Translations under genes and position numbers: made by a program
Notes under the pieces: model-generated
The model's input: only the letters and a program-made list of their open reading frames with translations
Databases searched by the model: none
What the model was told of the DNA's origin: nothing
Source of the DNA: Octopus bimaculoides
Taxonomy: Eukaryota
DNA: 63,260 bases
Direction: 5' to 3'
Assembly (NCBI RefSeq): GCF_001194135.2
Contig: NC_068988.1
Location: forward strand, 84,753,409-84,816,668
Shown: in pieces, positions 51,405 through 63,260 of the stretch
Layout of the letters: each line of letters begins with the position of its first letter
Numbering within the stretch: position 1 is the first letter of the stretch

Positions 51405-52879
51405 GACACAGGCAGTGATTTCAATGATTGATTAAGGGAACAAACTTGCATTGAATTATTGTACAATGTGGCTGGGTATTCCAAAGGCACATGTACCTTG
51501 ATGGTTATTCTAAAGCAGAATATGAACATAACAGTGTAGTAAGGTTGGACTTTTTAATTACAGGTACACTATAAGCTTCTACATAGTTTCTGTTTATCCA
51601 CCCAGAAAGCTTAGCTCACATGAGTTCATGATATTGAACTCAGGACTTCTTAGTTGTGAAGTGATCTTAATCACTCAGCTATGCCTGTGTAAAATATATG
51701 CATACATATACGTGCATGTATTTATTTATTCATTTTATGTAGCAAAGTAGTACATCCTTGGTTATGGCGTATAACTGGTCAGAAAGTTACTATTGGTTTT
51801 ACTTCTACTATTGCACTTCACAATATAGGTGGCTCGTCAGACCTGCTGACTGGAAGCACATAGCCTCTTTTAAATGCCATAATCAAGGATATACTATTCA
51901 ACTACATAAAATATAATTGCTCAACATTTCTTTAAGAGTGTGCTTCTTTTCTGACATATGGATAACTGACTTATATGTATATATATATATATATNNNNNN
52001 NNNNNNNNNNNNNNNNNNNNNNNNNNNNNNNNNNNNNNNNNNNNNNNNNNNNNNNNNNNNNNNNNNNNNNNNNNNNNNNNNNNNNNNNNNNNNNNNNNNN
52101 NNNNNNNNNNNNNNNNNNNNNNNNNNNNNNNNNNNNNNNNNNNNNNNNNNNNNNNNNNNNNNNNNNNNNNNNNNNNNNNNNNNNNNNNNNNNNNNNNNNN
52201 NNNNNNNNNNNNNNNNNNNNNNNNNNNNNNNNNNNNNNNNNNNNNNNNNNNNNNNNNNNNNTATATATAATAAATTTATTACAGGACATTAATGAAGTGA
52301 AGAGTATGATGGCCAAAGGTTTCTATATCACACACTAGTTTATCTGAAGGTTGATGTCCCTTGAGAGTGTGGAACCTACTACTGAGCCCAATCTTTGGTT
52401 ATGCGTCACACTTTATTGTGCCCTTTTATATATATCATCATCATTCAACATCTACTATTCCATGTTTGCATAGGTTAGATGGATTTGTTGGGGCAGATCT
52501 TCTACTCTTTCTGTCACCAACCCTTACCTGTTTCCAAACAAAGTAATATTTCCCCATGGCCAGACATATCTTTTTATGGAAGACTGGAAACAAATAACAT
52601 CACTTGTATGAGGGTAAAGCTCATTTACAATCATCACATGATGTGAAGACAAAAGTACACACATACATACATTCATGTACAGTGGACTTCCTTCAGTTTC
52701 TGCCTACCAAATCTACCCACAAGGTTTTGGTCTCCCACCAGGGCTAAAGTAGAAGATACTTGCCCAAAATGCTTTGCAGTGGGAATGAATTCAAAAGCAC
52801 ATGGTTGCTAAGCAAGCTTCTTAACCACACAGCCATGCTTGATCTTTGTCAAGTCAAATGAAATCATAGTTGTGGCTGG

Positions 52880-53080
52880 TGCTGGTGACATGCAAAAGCA
52901 CTCATGCTGGTAACCTGTAAAAGGCACCCACTACACTCTTGGAGTTGTTGTTAGGAAGGGTATCCAGCTGTTGAAACCAGGACAAAACCAGATTGGATTC
53001 GGGTGCACCTCTCCAGCTTACCAGTTCCACTCAAACCATCTAACCCATGCCAGCATGGAAAACAGATGCTAAATGATGAT
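52880..53080 (+). mobile_element. RTE 3'-tail element
   Basis: ggcacccactacactcttggagttgttgttaggaagggtatccagctg...aacccatgccagcatggaaaacagatgctaaatgatgat. Confidence 0.8.
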
Positions 53081-56000
53081 AATACACACACACACACACA
53101 CATGCATGAATATATAAAATATACATCCACATACATGTGTGTGAGTATGTGTGTGTGTATGCATATATATNNNNNNNNNNNNNNNNNNNNNNNNNNNNNN
53201 NNNNNNNNNNNNNNNNNNNNNNNNNNNNNNNNNNNNNNNNNNNNNNNNNNNNNNNNNNNNNNNNNNNNNNNNNNNNNNNNNNNNNNNNNNNNNNNNNNNN
53301 NNNNNNNNNNNNNNNNNNNNNNNNNNNNNNNNNNNNNNNNNNNNNNNNNNNNNNNNNNNNNNNNNNNNNNNNNNNNNNNNNNNNNNNNNNNNNNNNNNNN
53401 NNNNNNNNNNNNNNNNNNNNNNNNNNNNNNNNNNNNNNNNNNNNNNNNNNNNNNNNNNNNNNNNNNNNNNNNNNNNNNNNNNNNNNNNNNNNNNNNNNNN
53501 NNNNNNNNNNNNNNNNNNNNNNNNNNNNNNNNNNNNNNNNNNNNNNNNNNNNNNNNNNNNNNNNNNNNNNNNNNNNNNNNNNNNNNNNNNNNNNNNNNNN
53601 NNNNNNNNNNNNNNNNNNNNNNNNNNNNNNNNNNNNNNNNNNNNNNNNNNNNNNNNNNNNNNNNNNNNNNNNNNNNNNNNNNNNNNNNNNNNNNNNNNNN
53701 NNNNNNNNNNNNNNNNNNNNNNNNNNNNNNNNNNNNNNNNNNNNNNNNNNNNNNNNNNNNNNNNNNNNNNNNNNNNNNNNNNNNNNNNNNNNNNNNNNNN
53801 NNNNNNNNNNNNNNNNNNNNNNNNNNNNNNNNNNNNNNNNNNNNNNNNNNNNNNNNNNNNNNNNNNNNNNNNNNNNNNNNNNNNNNNNNNNNNNNNNNNN
53901 NNNNNATTCTCAAAAAACAAAAAAACACAAACGTATTTAGTCCTTGTCAATGTCCACTATTAGCAATGTTTTCCCCACTAAAAAAAAAGAAATATTTCAA
54001 AAAAGAATTTTCTCTACTGATTTAAGAAAAGATATAAAAATATGGGGAGTGATCAAAATATAAAAAAAATATATGATAAATAAATCAATATTGCATTTTT
54101 TTTTTCATTCCCTTTTATTGAAATTTCCAAAAAAAAAAAAAATCTCCTTCTTTTTGAAGTGCATCTTTTAGCAACATTGCAATATAGTAGTGTATATCAA
54201 AATATTTGGCTAATAAAATTGTCTAAAGGTTACAAAAATGGTGGAAAATGTAAGGGATGTCTAACCATCTTGTATTCCTGTCATTTTCATTGAAATATAT
54301 TAAAGAATAAAACTGAAAAAAATAACACGTATGCATTTTTTGTTTTAGATCATTGATGATTAACATATCTCAAATGAAACCTCTGAAAACATTACCTGAA
54401 GGTTTCAGAAAAGCCAAAGAAGAAAAAAAGAAAGCACTGAACCATTTCGTATTTGTGTTCTTTTATTTAAGTATACTTTTAAAAAGTTATCTCCAAAAAG
54501 CTATCTACTTTTTGTCATTAACATCATTTTTTGGCAACAACCAAACAATATTTCTTGAGAAAAATATTTGAAAATGAATTGTCCAAAAGCTTAAGAAATG
54601 CTCTAAACCAGTTTAGAAAGAATGAGTATCTTACATTTTTGTATTTTTAAAATTTAAATTTATGTAATAAATTTCTAAAAAGCTACATACAACATAACAA
54701 AAGAAAAAGAAAAACAGCATATCATGATGGAAATAAATGAAAAAAAAAAGGCTAAAATCTTTAAAAAAAAACTAGAAGTGGAGAAAATTTAATGAACAAT
54801 TTTTAATGTCTTCTTTGTAATGAGATCCCTTGTTTATTAAAAATGGAGCCAAGAACAATATTTTTCCCTTTGGTTTGACAAATGAAGGGAAAAGATCTAT
54901 TTGATGTTTTGTAAAAGTTTTGTTTCCAGTTTATTTTACCCTAACTTAAAATTCTTATTAAAAAAGAAGCGAAAAACAAATAAATAAGAAACAGAACAGT
55001 CTTTAAATTTCACTCTTAAATCAAAGACCAAAGTGAAAAACAAATTAAGAGATCTGTAATTGTTACTATAATCTATATGGGGAAAAAATCTGCACACAGG
55101 AAGAACCAAACCTAGAATAACAATAAAAACGATTTTAGAACACACTTAACTAAGGTGCCATGCCATGGGACTGAACCCCAAAACCATATTTTTGGGAAGC
55201 ATACTTTTTACCCCCCCCCCCCATATATATTCATATACAGTTGCTAACAATTGTCCCCTATGTATTTATGTGTGTGCATATATTAATTAGAGATACACTA
55301 AGCAGTGATGGTTAGAATATTGATATGTAGAATTATATCAAACAAGTTCATGTACACTAAGACATGGAAAGACCTTTGTTGTGGAAACTGTCTTCTTACA
55401 AACTTATAGTCAATGTGTGTGAAAACACAACATTGGGCTTTGATTCATGCAATTAAACCATCATTCATAGTCCAGTCATGTGTTTTAACATGTTTTGTTG
55501 TCCATTAGGGTTCCAAGACAGTTTCCACAGCAAGTGTCTTTCCATGTGTGAGTGAATATGAATATATTGAATATAACAATAAACTCACACACATATATAC
55601 TTAAATCATTCTTACATATGCCTGCATATTATCCATAATGAAATATTCGACATATTTCCCTGCTTTTCTAATCACTATGATGGTGACCTGCTAACATGCC
55701 TAATGCTAGCCAGGTGGGACATCATAAATATAACTACAAACCATTTTGCAAAATTTATGTTTGTGTAATTTATTGTATATGTGTAAAATCATCATTTTTA
55801 ACATCCACTTTTCCATACCTACATAAGTTAGGTGGAATTTGTTGAGGCAAATTTTTTATGGTCGGATGCCTTTCCCATCACCAACACTCACCTGTCACCA
55901 AGCAAGGTAATTTTTTTCCTCAAGGCCAGACATGTTTTAACAAAATCTGGGAATGAACGACACTGCTTGTATGACAGTGATACTCATTTACAACTGTTGC

Positions 56001-58028
56001 ATGGTATCAAGATAAAGAAACACACACACACACACACAAAAGTCTTCTTTCATTTTCTGTTCACCAAATTCACTCACAAGGCTTTGCTTAGCCTGAGGTT
56101 ATAGTAGAAGACAATCACCTAAGGTGCTACATGGTGGGATTGGATCTGGAATCATGTGATTGGGAAACAAACTTCTTAACCACATAACCTTGCCTATGCC
56201 TAATCACACATATGCTGAATGAACAAAAACAAGAAAAAATGCAAGAGGGGCAAGTTTTCACAAAGGTGTTATGAATCTCATGGTTAAAAGGAAGAGAAAG
56301 AGTCTTTGACAATTCAGACATCAGGAAAAAGAGAAGAGAAAATTAGAAGGATGGTGGAAAGGAGGGAAGAGCAAAAGAAAGTTAAAAGCTGGCTGGGAAT
56401 GCAGTTCTACGGGGAGAGTTAAGAGAGGAGAAGGTGAAGAGTTGTTTGCATATACAGAATATCTGTGTAAAGAGATGGGCAGGGGGATGAGCAGTGTGGG
56501 GTGCAGGTGGTTGGCTGGGTGTACGTGGAGTTGACTGAGATGTGAATGGAATAAAGATGGAAGCAGAGAGAAAAATGGGGGAAGCTGTGGAGAAAACAAT
56601 GTAGTAGGTGAGAGAAAAAGTAAAAACAAGTACAAGTAGATAAAAATTTCCAAAGCAGATAAAGGGGGAAAATACTATGTGGAAAAAATAAATAGATAGA
56701 TATATATAAAAAAACAGTTGACCATGAAAGAGTATGTGAAAAGGCAGAGAGGAGGAGAACCGAATGGTCAAGAAATATATATAAAGCACATGATTATTGA
56801 AAAAAGGGAGAGTTGCAAAAGGAAGAGATGATTATGAAAAGGATATTAAAAAAAAAAGGAATGTAAAGAAAAAAGTTACTTAACAAAAACAGATATGTTC
56901 ACAAACATTCATACGCACACACACACATCACTGTGTATGTGTGTATACATGTATGTGTGTTTATATATAAGCGCCAGACAATGTAGGTGTCAGCAACAAA
57001 CATATCTTCCATGTACTTTATAATATGTTCATATTGGCATTTTTACATCTTATTTCTGATTATACTGGTTGACTGTAACAGCTGGCACCTCTCAATTGAA
57101 TATATTTGCTGCATGATCTAGAATGAAGGAATTGTTTTAACACACACATAGATGTATATGTTGCTGCACCAAATTCCAACTCTCCTACTGTTCATCTATC
57201 ACTTCTTACTCTGAGACACCTAAGACGCATCTATAACAGCCCAAGACAATACTACAACACCATCTTGATCACACTCTTCTTCCCATTCAGTTCAAACAAA
57301 CATAAAGATATTTACAACAGTGAAATTCTCTGATCGATAACATCTTTTTGACCTTCATGTTCAGTAAGATGTTATCCTTTATGTAGTTGCTTGACTTGCA
57401 AGAAATAGTAGTTAAATTGCTGTCAAGTCACACTCTGCCATCAAAAATAACGAAAAGGAGATGCTATGTAATGCAGCCCTACATAGTCCTGAAAGAAAGG
57501 GATCATCACAGTTGGATGCTTTTGATCAGGGCAGACATGCAGGGTCAGATTGGACAGCAGAGAAAATTCCTCTTGCCTACATATAACCCTGTGCTCGATA
57601 CAGGAACAGATTAGACAATGGGAAAAATGCAACATGCTTAAACTAATACACTGTATTCCATATAATAAACCACTGCATGTCAGAATGCACAGAATGGTCA
57701 ACTGGACAATGGCATGGCCTATCTGAAATAATTGATCATAATTTGTTGTTTGAACAACTATCTATGCACTATAGGACTTCTTGATTAGGACTGACCTGGG
57801 ATTAATCAACAACAACTGCCACCACCACCACCAATAATGAGATTAAAACATCAGAAGGTAAAATATTAATGCTAAACTGTTAAAAAAGTAAAATAAATAT
57901 TTACCATGGAGTTGGGGTTTCTTCCAAATTGTAAGTAGGTGCAGCTTAACTGAATATTAGGTAGCACTTGGAGATACAACCCACTTAACTGTTTTTGCAT
58001 ACTATGAAGTGATACCATCCTTTTCGCT

Positions 58029-58245
58029 GCACATAAGTACCATGTGTGGGTACAGTACAACCAGCTGTAAATAGGTGCCATGTAGAGGTAAAGTCTACTT
58101 AACTATAAATAAGTATCATAAGGAGGTACAATTCACTTAGCTATATATCATGCTAAGGAAGATGGCTCCTAGTGTAAATAAGTATCATGAAGAGTTACAT
58201 ACCACTAAGATGTTTAACAGATACCATGAAGTAGTATGGTTTGTT
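58029..58245. repeat. Old ~37-bp degenerate tandem repeat, about six units
   Basis: t(g/a)taaataagta(c/t)cat..agaggtaca-like units at ~58029, 58066, 58104, 58138, 58173 and 58211. Confidence 0.55.
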
Positions 58246-59019
58246 AAGCTGCAACAAACTATCAAGAAGAGGTATCGTCTATGTAGTTGAAAATAAGAAA
58301 AGTTGATACTTTTATTCATTTCATGCCCACAAAAGTGTTGTACATTTGTGGACTAGGGAAAATTTTAATTCCTTGTCAGGACTGAATCCACTGGGTTATG
58401 GGGTAAAGTCCAGATATTACCAAAATTATTAATAACTATAATGTCATAAATTAAAATCCATGCTTACCAACTCTTAATTTCAAATCCTGCAGCCAGCATT
58501 ACATTGTATCACTGATAAATACACATAACTCAACTGCAAATTCAAGAGAGTTTATAGAATGTTAATAAATTCAATTATTGCAAGGAGTAAAAGATCTAAT
58601 GTTTAGGGCTCTTGATCCTTAGTGCAGAGAAGATAAAATGTAAAGGTTTTGTTGGTCTGGCTTCTCATTCACTGCTGACAATCAGATCAGCATCACCTTC
58701 ATACATTCATACTTTCCATTGAAGGGTAAGAGCTAAAAATGCTTCTGACGGGTGAATATATTAAACATACTACAAACTATCTTTTGTGCTAATTGTTACC
58801 AATGAAGACCTTTTACCATCTACTTCAGATTCCAGACTTTATCCTTGCAGCAGTTTACCTGACAGACGACAATACCATCACACTGATAAGTTCAATTGTT
58901 AAAGAAGTCATCAAGCTGAGATGCTGAGCACCAAAATACATAACTCTACCCAATTCAGTTTACCTGACCAAATGAACAAAAATTAATAAAGTCTAAAGTT
59001 CAATGTTATTAGACTGGTA

Positions 59020-59410
59020 AAGCTATTAGAGCATTTGGCAAAATACTTTACAGTATTTGTCTCAGCTCTTCATATTCTGAGTTCAAATTTTACTAAAGGC
59101 AGCTTTGCTTTTTTCTGTCCAGGAGGTGTTGATAAAATAAAGTACCTTTCAAGTACTGGCTTTGATACAATCAACTATTCTTTTCTCTCAGGTTTGGGGT
59201 TGACAAAGTAGCAATCAAGTATTGGTATCATGAAAGTGTCAATAAAATATTGGGATTGATAAAATAAAGTACCAAGCAAGTACAGGTGTTGATAAAATAA
59301 AGTACTGGCATCAATAAAATAAAGTATCAGTCATGCACTGGCACTGATATTACCAACTGTTCTCTTCCTTCAAATTTGAGACCTCATGTCTATGTAGAAA
59401 ATCACTATCC
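59020..59410 (+). mobile_element. Family C SINE with internal tandem amplification
   Basis: gataaaataa(a)agta(c) module repeated about four times at 59130-59330. Confidence 0.7.
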
Positions 59411-59627
59411 GAAGAAGAAACATAAGTTTGTTACAGTATGCCTGGCTTCTGAAAAAAACCCCAAATACAAAGCATACATGACAGTCTTGTTTCATAGTTC
59501 AGAAGTTAATAATAGGAAGAGACATCTAACTGTGATAAAAAAGTCAACTGATGCTTGAGTCAATAAGTGAGAATTTAGTCTCCAGGCCTGCTAGAAATAG
59601 CAGGCAAATCTGCAAATTACACCATGA

Positions 59628-59960
59628 AGGTGCATGGCTCAGTGGTTAGAGCATCAGGCTTACAATCATGAGGTAATGAGTTCAATCCCCAGACCAGGCT
59701 GTGAGTTGTGTTCTTGAGCAAGACACTTTACTTCACATTGCTCCAATTCACTCAGCTGTAGAAATGAGTTGCGATGTCACTGGTGCCAAGCTGTATTGGC
59801 CTTTGTCTTTCCCTTGGATAACATCAATGGCTTTGAGAGGGGGGGCTGGTATGCATGGGTGACTGCTGGTCTCCCATAAACAACCTTGCCCAGACTTGTG
59901 TCTTGGAGGGGAACTTTTTAGGTGCAAACCCATGGTCATTTATGACTGATGGGGGTCTAA
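59628..59960 (+). mobile_element. tRNA-derived SINE (third family) with CORE-like central segment
   Basis: A box TGGCTCAGTGG at 59635-59645, B box GAGTTCAATCC at 59678-59688, then gtgttcttgagcaagacactttacttcac. No intact cloverleaf. Confidence 0.75.
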
Positions 59961-61101
59961 GACTTAAAAATGGAAGTATTGTATAATGTACATCTGGAAG
60001 AAAGCTCAAATTGTAGTATCTAAAACATCTGATTATAGCTCTTCTGGATTAAGGCTGAACTAAAGCTGAACAACAACAACAGTATGTGATTGAACTAACT
60101 CCTCTAACAAAAAAAAAAGGAGAAAATTATTTTATTCTACCCTTGTTAGAATGGAATGAGTCAACAAGTAACCCTTTATATGTTTACTTGACTCAGTAGA
60201 TTTAGAAACCACATCTTCAAACTACTACTTCCTGACTTCAAAAGCAATAAGCATATCTCTAACACGGGAAGGAGTGCAACAAAATTGCAAATATTCAAAT
60301 ATTTTTGAAGTGCTATAGTTGCCATCCATAGGTTGTAGAGTAGATATTGGTGCAACCATTGCTGTCATTCCTAGCAGTTCTAAAACATTGATTTGCTACT
60401 TCTTTGAAGTTCTGAAACAACTCCAATGAATTTCAGCTGCCAAAAGAAAATACAACTACAACTAAAAACATTGATAATAGATACTAGTGTACAACCAGAA
60501 GAACTGCACACCATTGTGTAAAGCCCTTATGTGTGTGTGTGTGTGTGTATCTATCTATCTATCTATCTATATATAAATATATATATACATATATATATAT
60601 ATATATNNNNNNNNNNNNNNNNNNNNNNNNNNNNNNNNNNNNNNNNNNNNNNNNNNNNNNNNNNNNNNNNNNNNNNNNNNNNNNNNNNNNNNNNNNNNNN
60701 NNNNNNGTATATATATATATATTTATATATATTTATATAATTTGAAAGTAATGAAAAATTTAATAAAATAACTTTGCCATTATTAAGCTGGTGTTTGGAG
60801 CATAAATGAACAAGAAACCTTGGTGGAAGGATTTAACTTAGACTGCTTTAAAACAAGAAATTTGTATCATAAAACTAAGAGCAGTCTTGATCAGATTGGA
60901 ATGAAAAGAGTGAAAAGGATTTCCTATCATCACTGTTTAGATCTTCATGACAAATGATCTTAGAGACTGTTTGGTGCATTTGTTGTCTTCCATGCAAAGT
61001 GACTTCCTGTTTAGAATATCACAGAGGCCATGAACCATCTTGGTCTTATCAAAACTGAACTGAAGAGCTCTTTCTTCCTGCAAAGGTGTGAAGCACTCTT
61101 G

Positions 61102-61145
<44 letters not shown>

Positions 61146-62039
61146 CCACTGCTTGACAACCAATGTTGGTGTGCTTATGTCCCAATAACTTAGCAATTCA
61201 GCAAAAGAAAATGATAGAATAAGTACCAGACTTTAAAAAAAATTAAAGTAAAAGAGAAATAAGTACTGGGATCAATTCATCCAACTAAAAATTCTTCAAG
61301 GTGGTGCCCCAGCATGGCCATAGTCTAGTGACTGAAACAAAGATAAAAGATAGAAGATGGAACATTATTATACATAACTGTGTACAATGAAACAGGTTAA
61401 ATAAATGAGTTATTCATAGTAGTAATTCTGTTTTGTTTAGGTGTTGTATGTGTATTGTGATAAAAGCAGTGGGCGTTACTAAGTTAAATAATAAATTAAT
61501 TCACTATTATGCCATGATAATAAGAAAAAAAAATTAACAGAAAGATTTGAAAATCTTATCAAGTAAATTCCATGTTTAGACATAGACTAAGAGTAGTATT
61601 TATATGTATGAAGAATGAACGAATGAAAATATAACTAAAATTGAATTATATTGCTGTTGCTAAGATATTTAAAATTTCCATAGAAATGCTTGGAATACAG
61701 TGTCTTTAGATAGGCTTTTATATCAGTATATCTGCTTATATTTGTATTAAATAATTCTTCAACCTGGGGCTATAGCAGAAGACACTTGCCCAAGTTGACA
61801 TACAGCAGAACAAACCCAAAACATTGTGATTGGGAAGTAAACTTCTTACCATACTACCATGCCTGCAATTATTCACATACACAGATGCACACACACACAC
61901 ACACTGTTATATTGTCAATATTTGAGTATTTTGAAAGGAAGGCCAGTGATATTGTAAATGGCTGGGTTTTACCCACAGTCTCAGTAACATTTTCAGCTTC
62001 CATTCAGTGGCCTTACTGAAGAATTTAGGGTGACATAAA

Positions 62040-62720
62040 CAAGAGAAGTCCCACAGTATAGGGACTCTAAGGACTGGAAGGTGTCATCAGGGTAACAGGA
62101 AAAAATGGAAGGGCAGAAAAAGCAGTGCAAGTTAGAAGAGTTACACCTAAGAAGAAATGAGCTGACGAGCATTGTGGCAGCTGGTAGAGTGAGCTTGGAA
62201 TACTTCTCAAAAATTCAGGTTAGCAAGGTGCAGGGCAAGGTGGGACATCATCTTATCTATGAAAAAATTTGAGCAGGATTGAAGGAAAAGCTAGTGAACA
62301 GGTCAGTGATGTTTAGCATTATGAATGAAGTGTTAGTGTGCAATCAAACATCAAGCAAGCAGGCTTCCATCATGACTGGTCCCTTGTGTAGGTTACCAAG
62401 CTCAGCTAACCTTCACATCTACAGTAAGAGAGAGATGCCATCTAGCTCATTCTGCTCTGAAAGTGGATATTTCGATCAATTCAGTACTTGCCCAAAAATC
62501 TTTGAAGATGGCTGCTTTTATAGGTACCATGATGAGGTACTCAAGCCAGTTGCTGAAAGCATAACCATGGCCAACAGCACAATCATTCAAGGATCTAACA
62601 TTAAAGTCAATTTTACAAAAGAGCAGATAAATCTATACAAAGAATTATCTGTAACCCCTACTCATTTGACAAAGAAACTCATGAAAGTGACTAGGAAATA
62701 CATGCCACAAAGCTACTATC
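62040..62720 (+). mobile_element. Hero-type REL-endonuclease non-LTR retrotransposon fragment (post-RT and decayed CCHC region)
   Basis: AAGRVSLEYFSKIQVSKVQGK..., LPSSANLHIYSKREMPSSSFCSESGYFDQFSTCPK and GCFYRYHDEVLKPVAESITMA resemble Hero LPSPSNL..W...P.C..C...LEHILSSCPK...GRYRWRHDQVLKA.AE. Clade assigned from recalled motifs only. Confidence 0.55.
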
Positions 62721-63224
62721 AATTGTAAGATTAGAAATTCTATATACCATATAATGTGTCTTGATAGACCATATATGTGTCAATTTGTATACTATATATG
62801 TACCAATCTCCCTAACTTGCGCAGGAGAAACTACTTGTAATATCAGCAAATGATTCAGTGAAGAATAGGCCAGGTATACTAAAAAGGAAGCTACTTCCAT
62901 TTTTTTTTTACCAAACAAGCACTGGATAAGCACAATGGTTCATTCAATAGAGTCAATGTAGATATTATATCTACACACCCTTATGGTATGACACTTTGAT
63001 TAGTAAGTGAATTGGTCTGCATATGAAAATACAACTCCAGTCTCAATAATCATAAGTTGTGTATATACACCACATACAAGAAATTCATATTTCCCTCTTC
63101 TGTTTAGGCTAATCTTTTACATATACATTTATGTATGAATGTGTACATATGCATATGTCTGTATACATATGTGCATGTATTTGTACGAGGATGTGTGAGT
63201 GTACATATCTCTGTGTGTGTATAT

Positions 63225-63260
<36 letters not shown>

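Noticed and set aside
57020-57760. Possible LINE C-terminal zinc-knuckle remnant (ATCLN..TVFHIINHC)
   Set aside because: Too many stops and too little similarity to assign a clade. Not a gene.
59628-59700. Possible tRNA gene (TAC in the loop)
   Set aside because: A and B boxes are present, but the anticodon and acceptor stems do not pair and a SINE body follows.
4562-63260. Many ORFs rich in YI, HT, CV, N, L, S or X
   Set aside because: They are translations of (TA)n, (CA)n and (AAT)n tracts or run through N-gaps. No coding evidence.

Overview
Eukaryotic, AT-rich, repeat-dominated genomic DNA with ten N-gaps (4761-4840, 9705-9714, 12815-13062, 30885-31330, 33139-33990, 37522-38307, 38888-39585, 51995-52261, 53171-53905, 60607-60706). 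The microsatellite load and SINE/RTE repertoire look like a coleoid cephalopod, most likely Octopus (inferred from recognition, not proven). One host gene is supported: an uninterrupted Di-Ras family small GTPase CDS (36377-36973, +) behind a clear splice acceptor, so its upstream exon(s) lie elsewhere. The rest is transposon-derived: several RTE LINE fragments and free RTE 3' tails, three R4/Dong-type LINE fragments all set in (AAT)n tracts, a near-complete but decayed Neptune-type Penelope-like element plus a ~99% identical partial copy of it, a Hero-type LINE fragment, degenerate APE-LINE remnants, three tRNA-derived SINE families (one forming co-oriented arrays), and a 423-bp solo LTR with a 4-bp TSD and NRF1/ETS/YY1-like motifs. 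The most unusual signal is a 184-bp foldback (30481-30664) in which all nine non-Watson-Crick pairs are G-U wobbles on the + strand. Most other entries in the ORF track are microsatellite or N-gap artefacts. Repeat boundaries were read by eye and are approximate unless exact termini are quoted.
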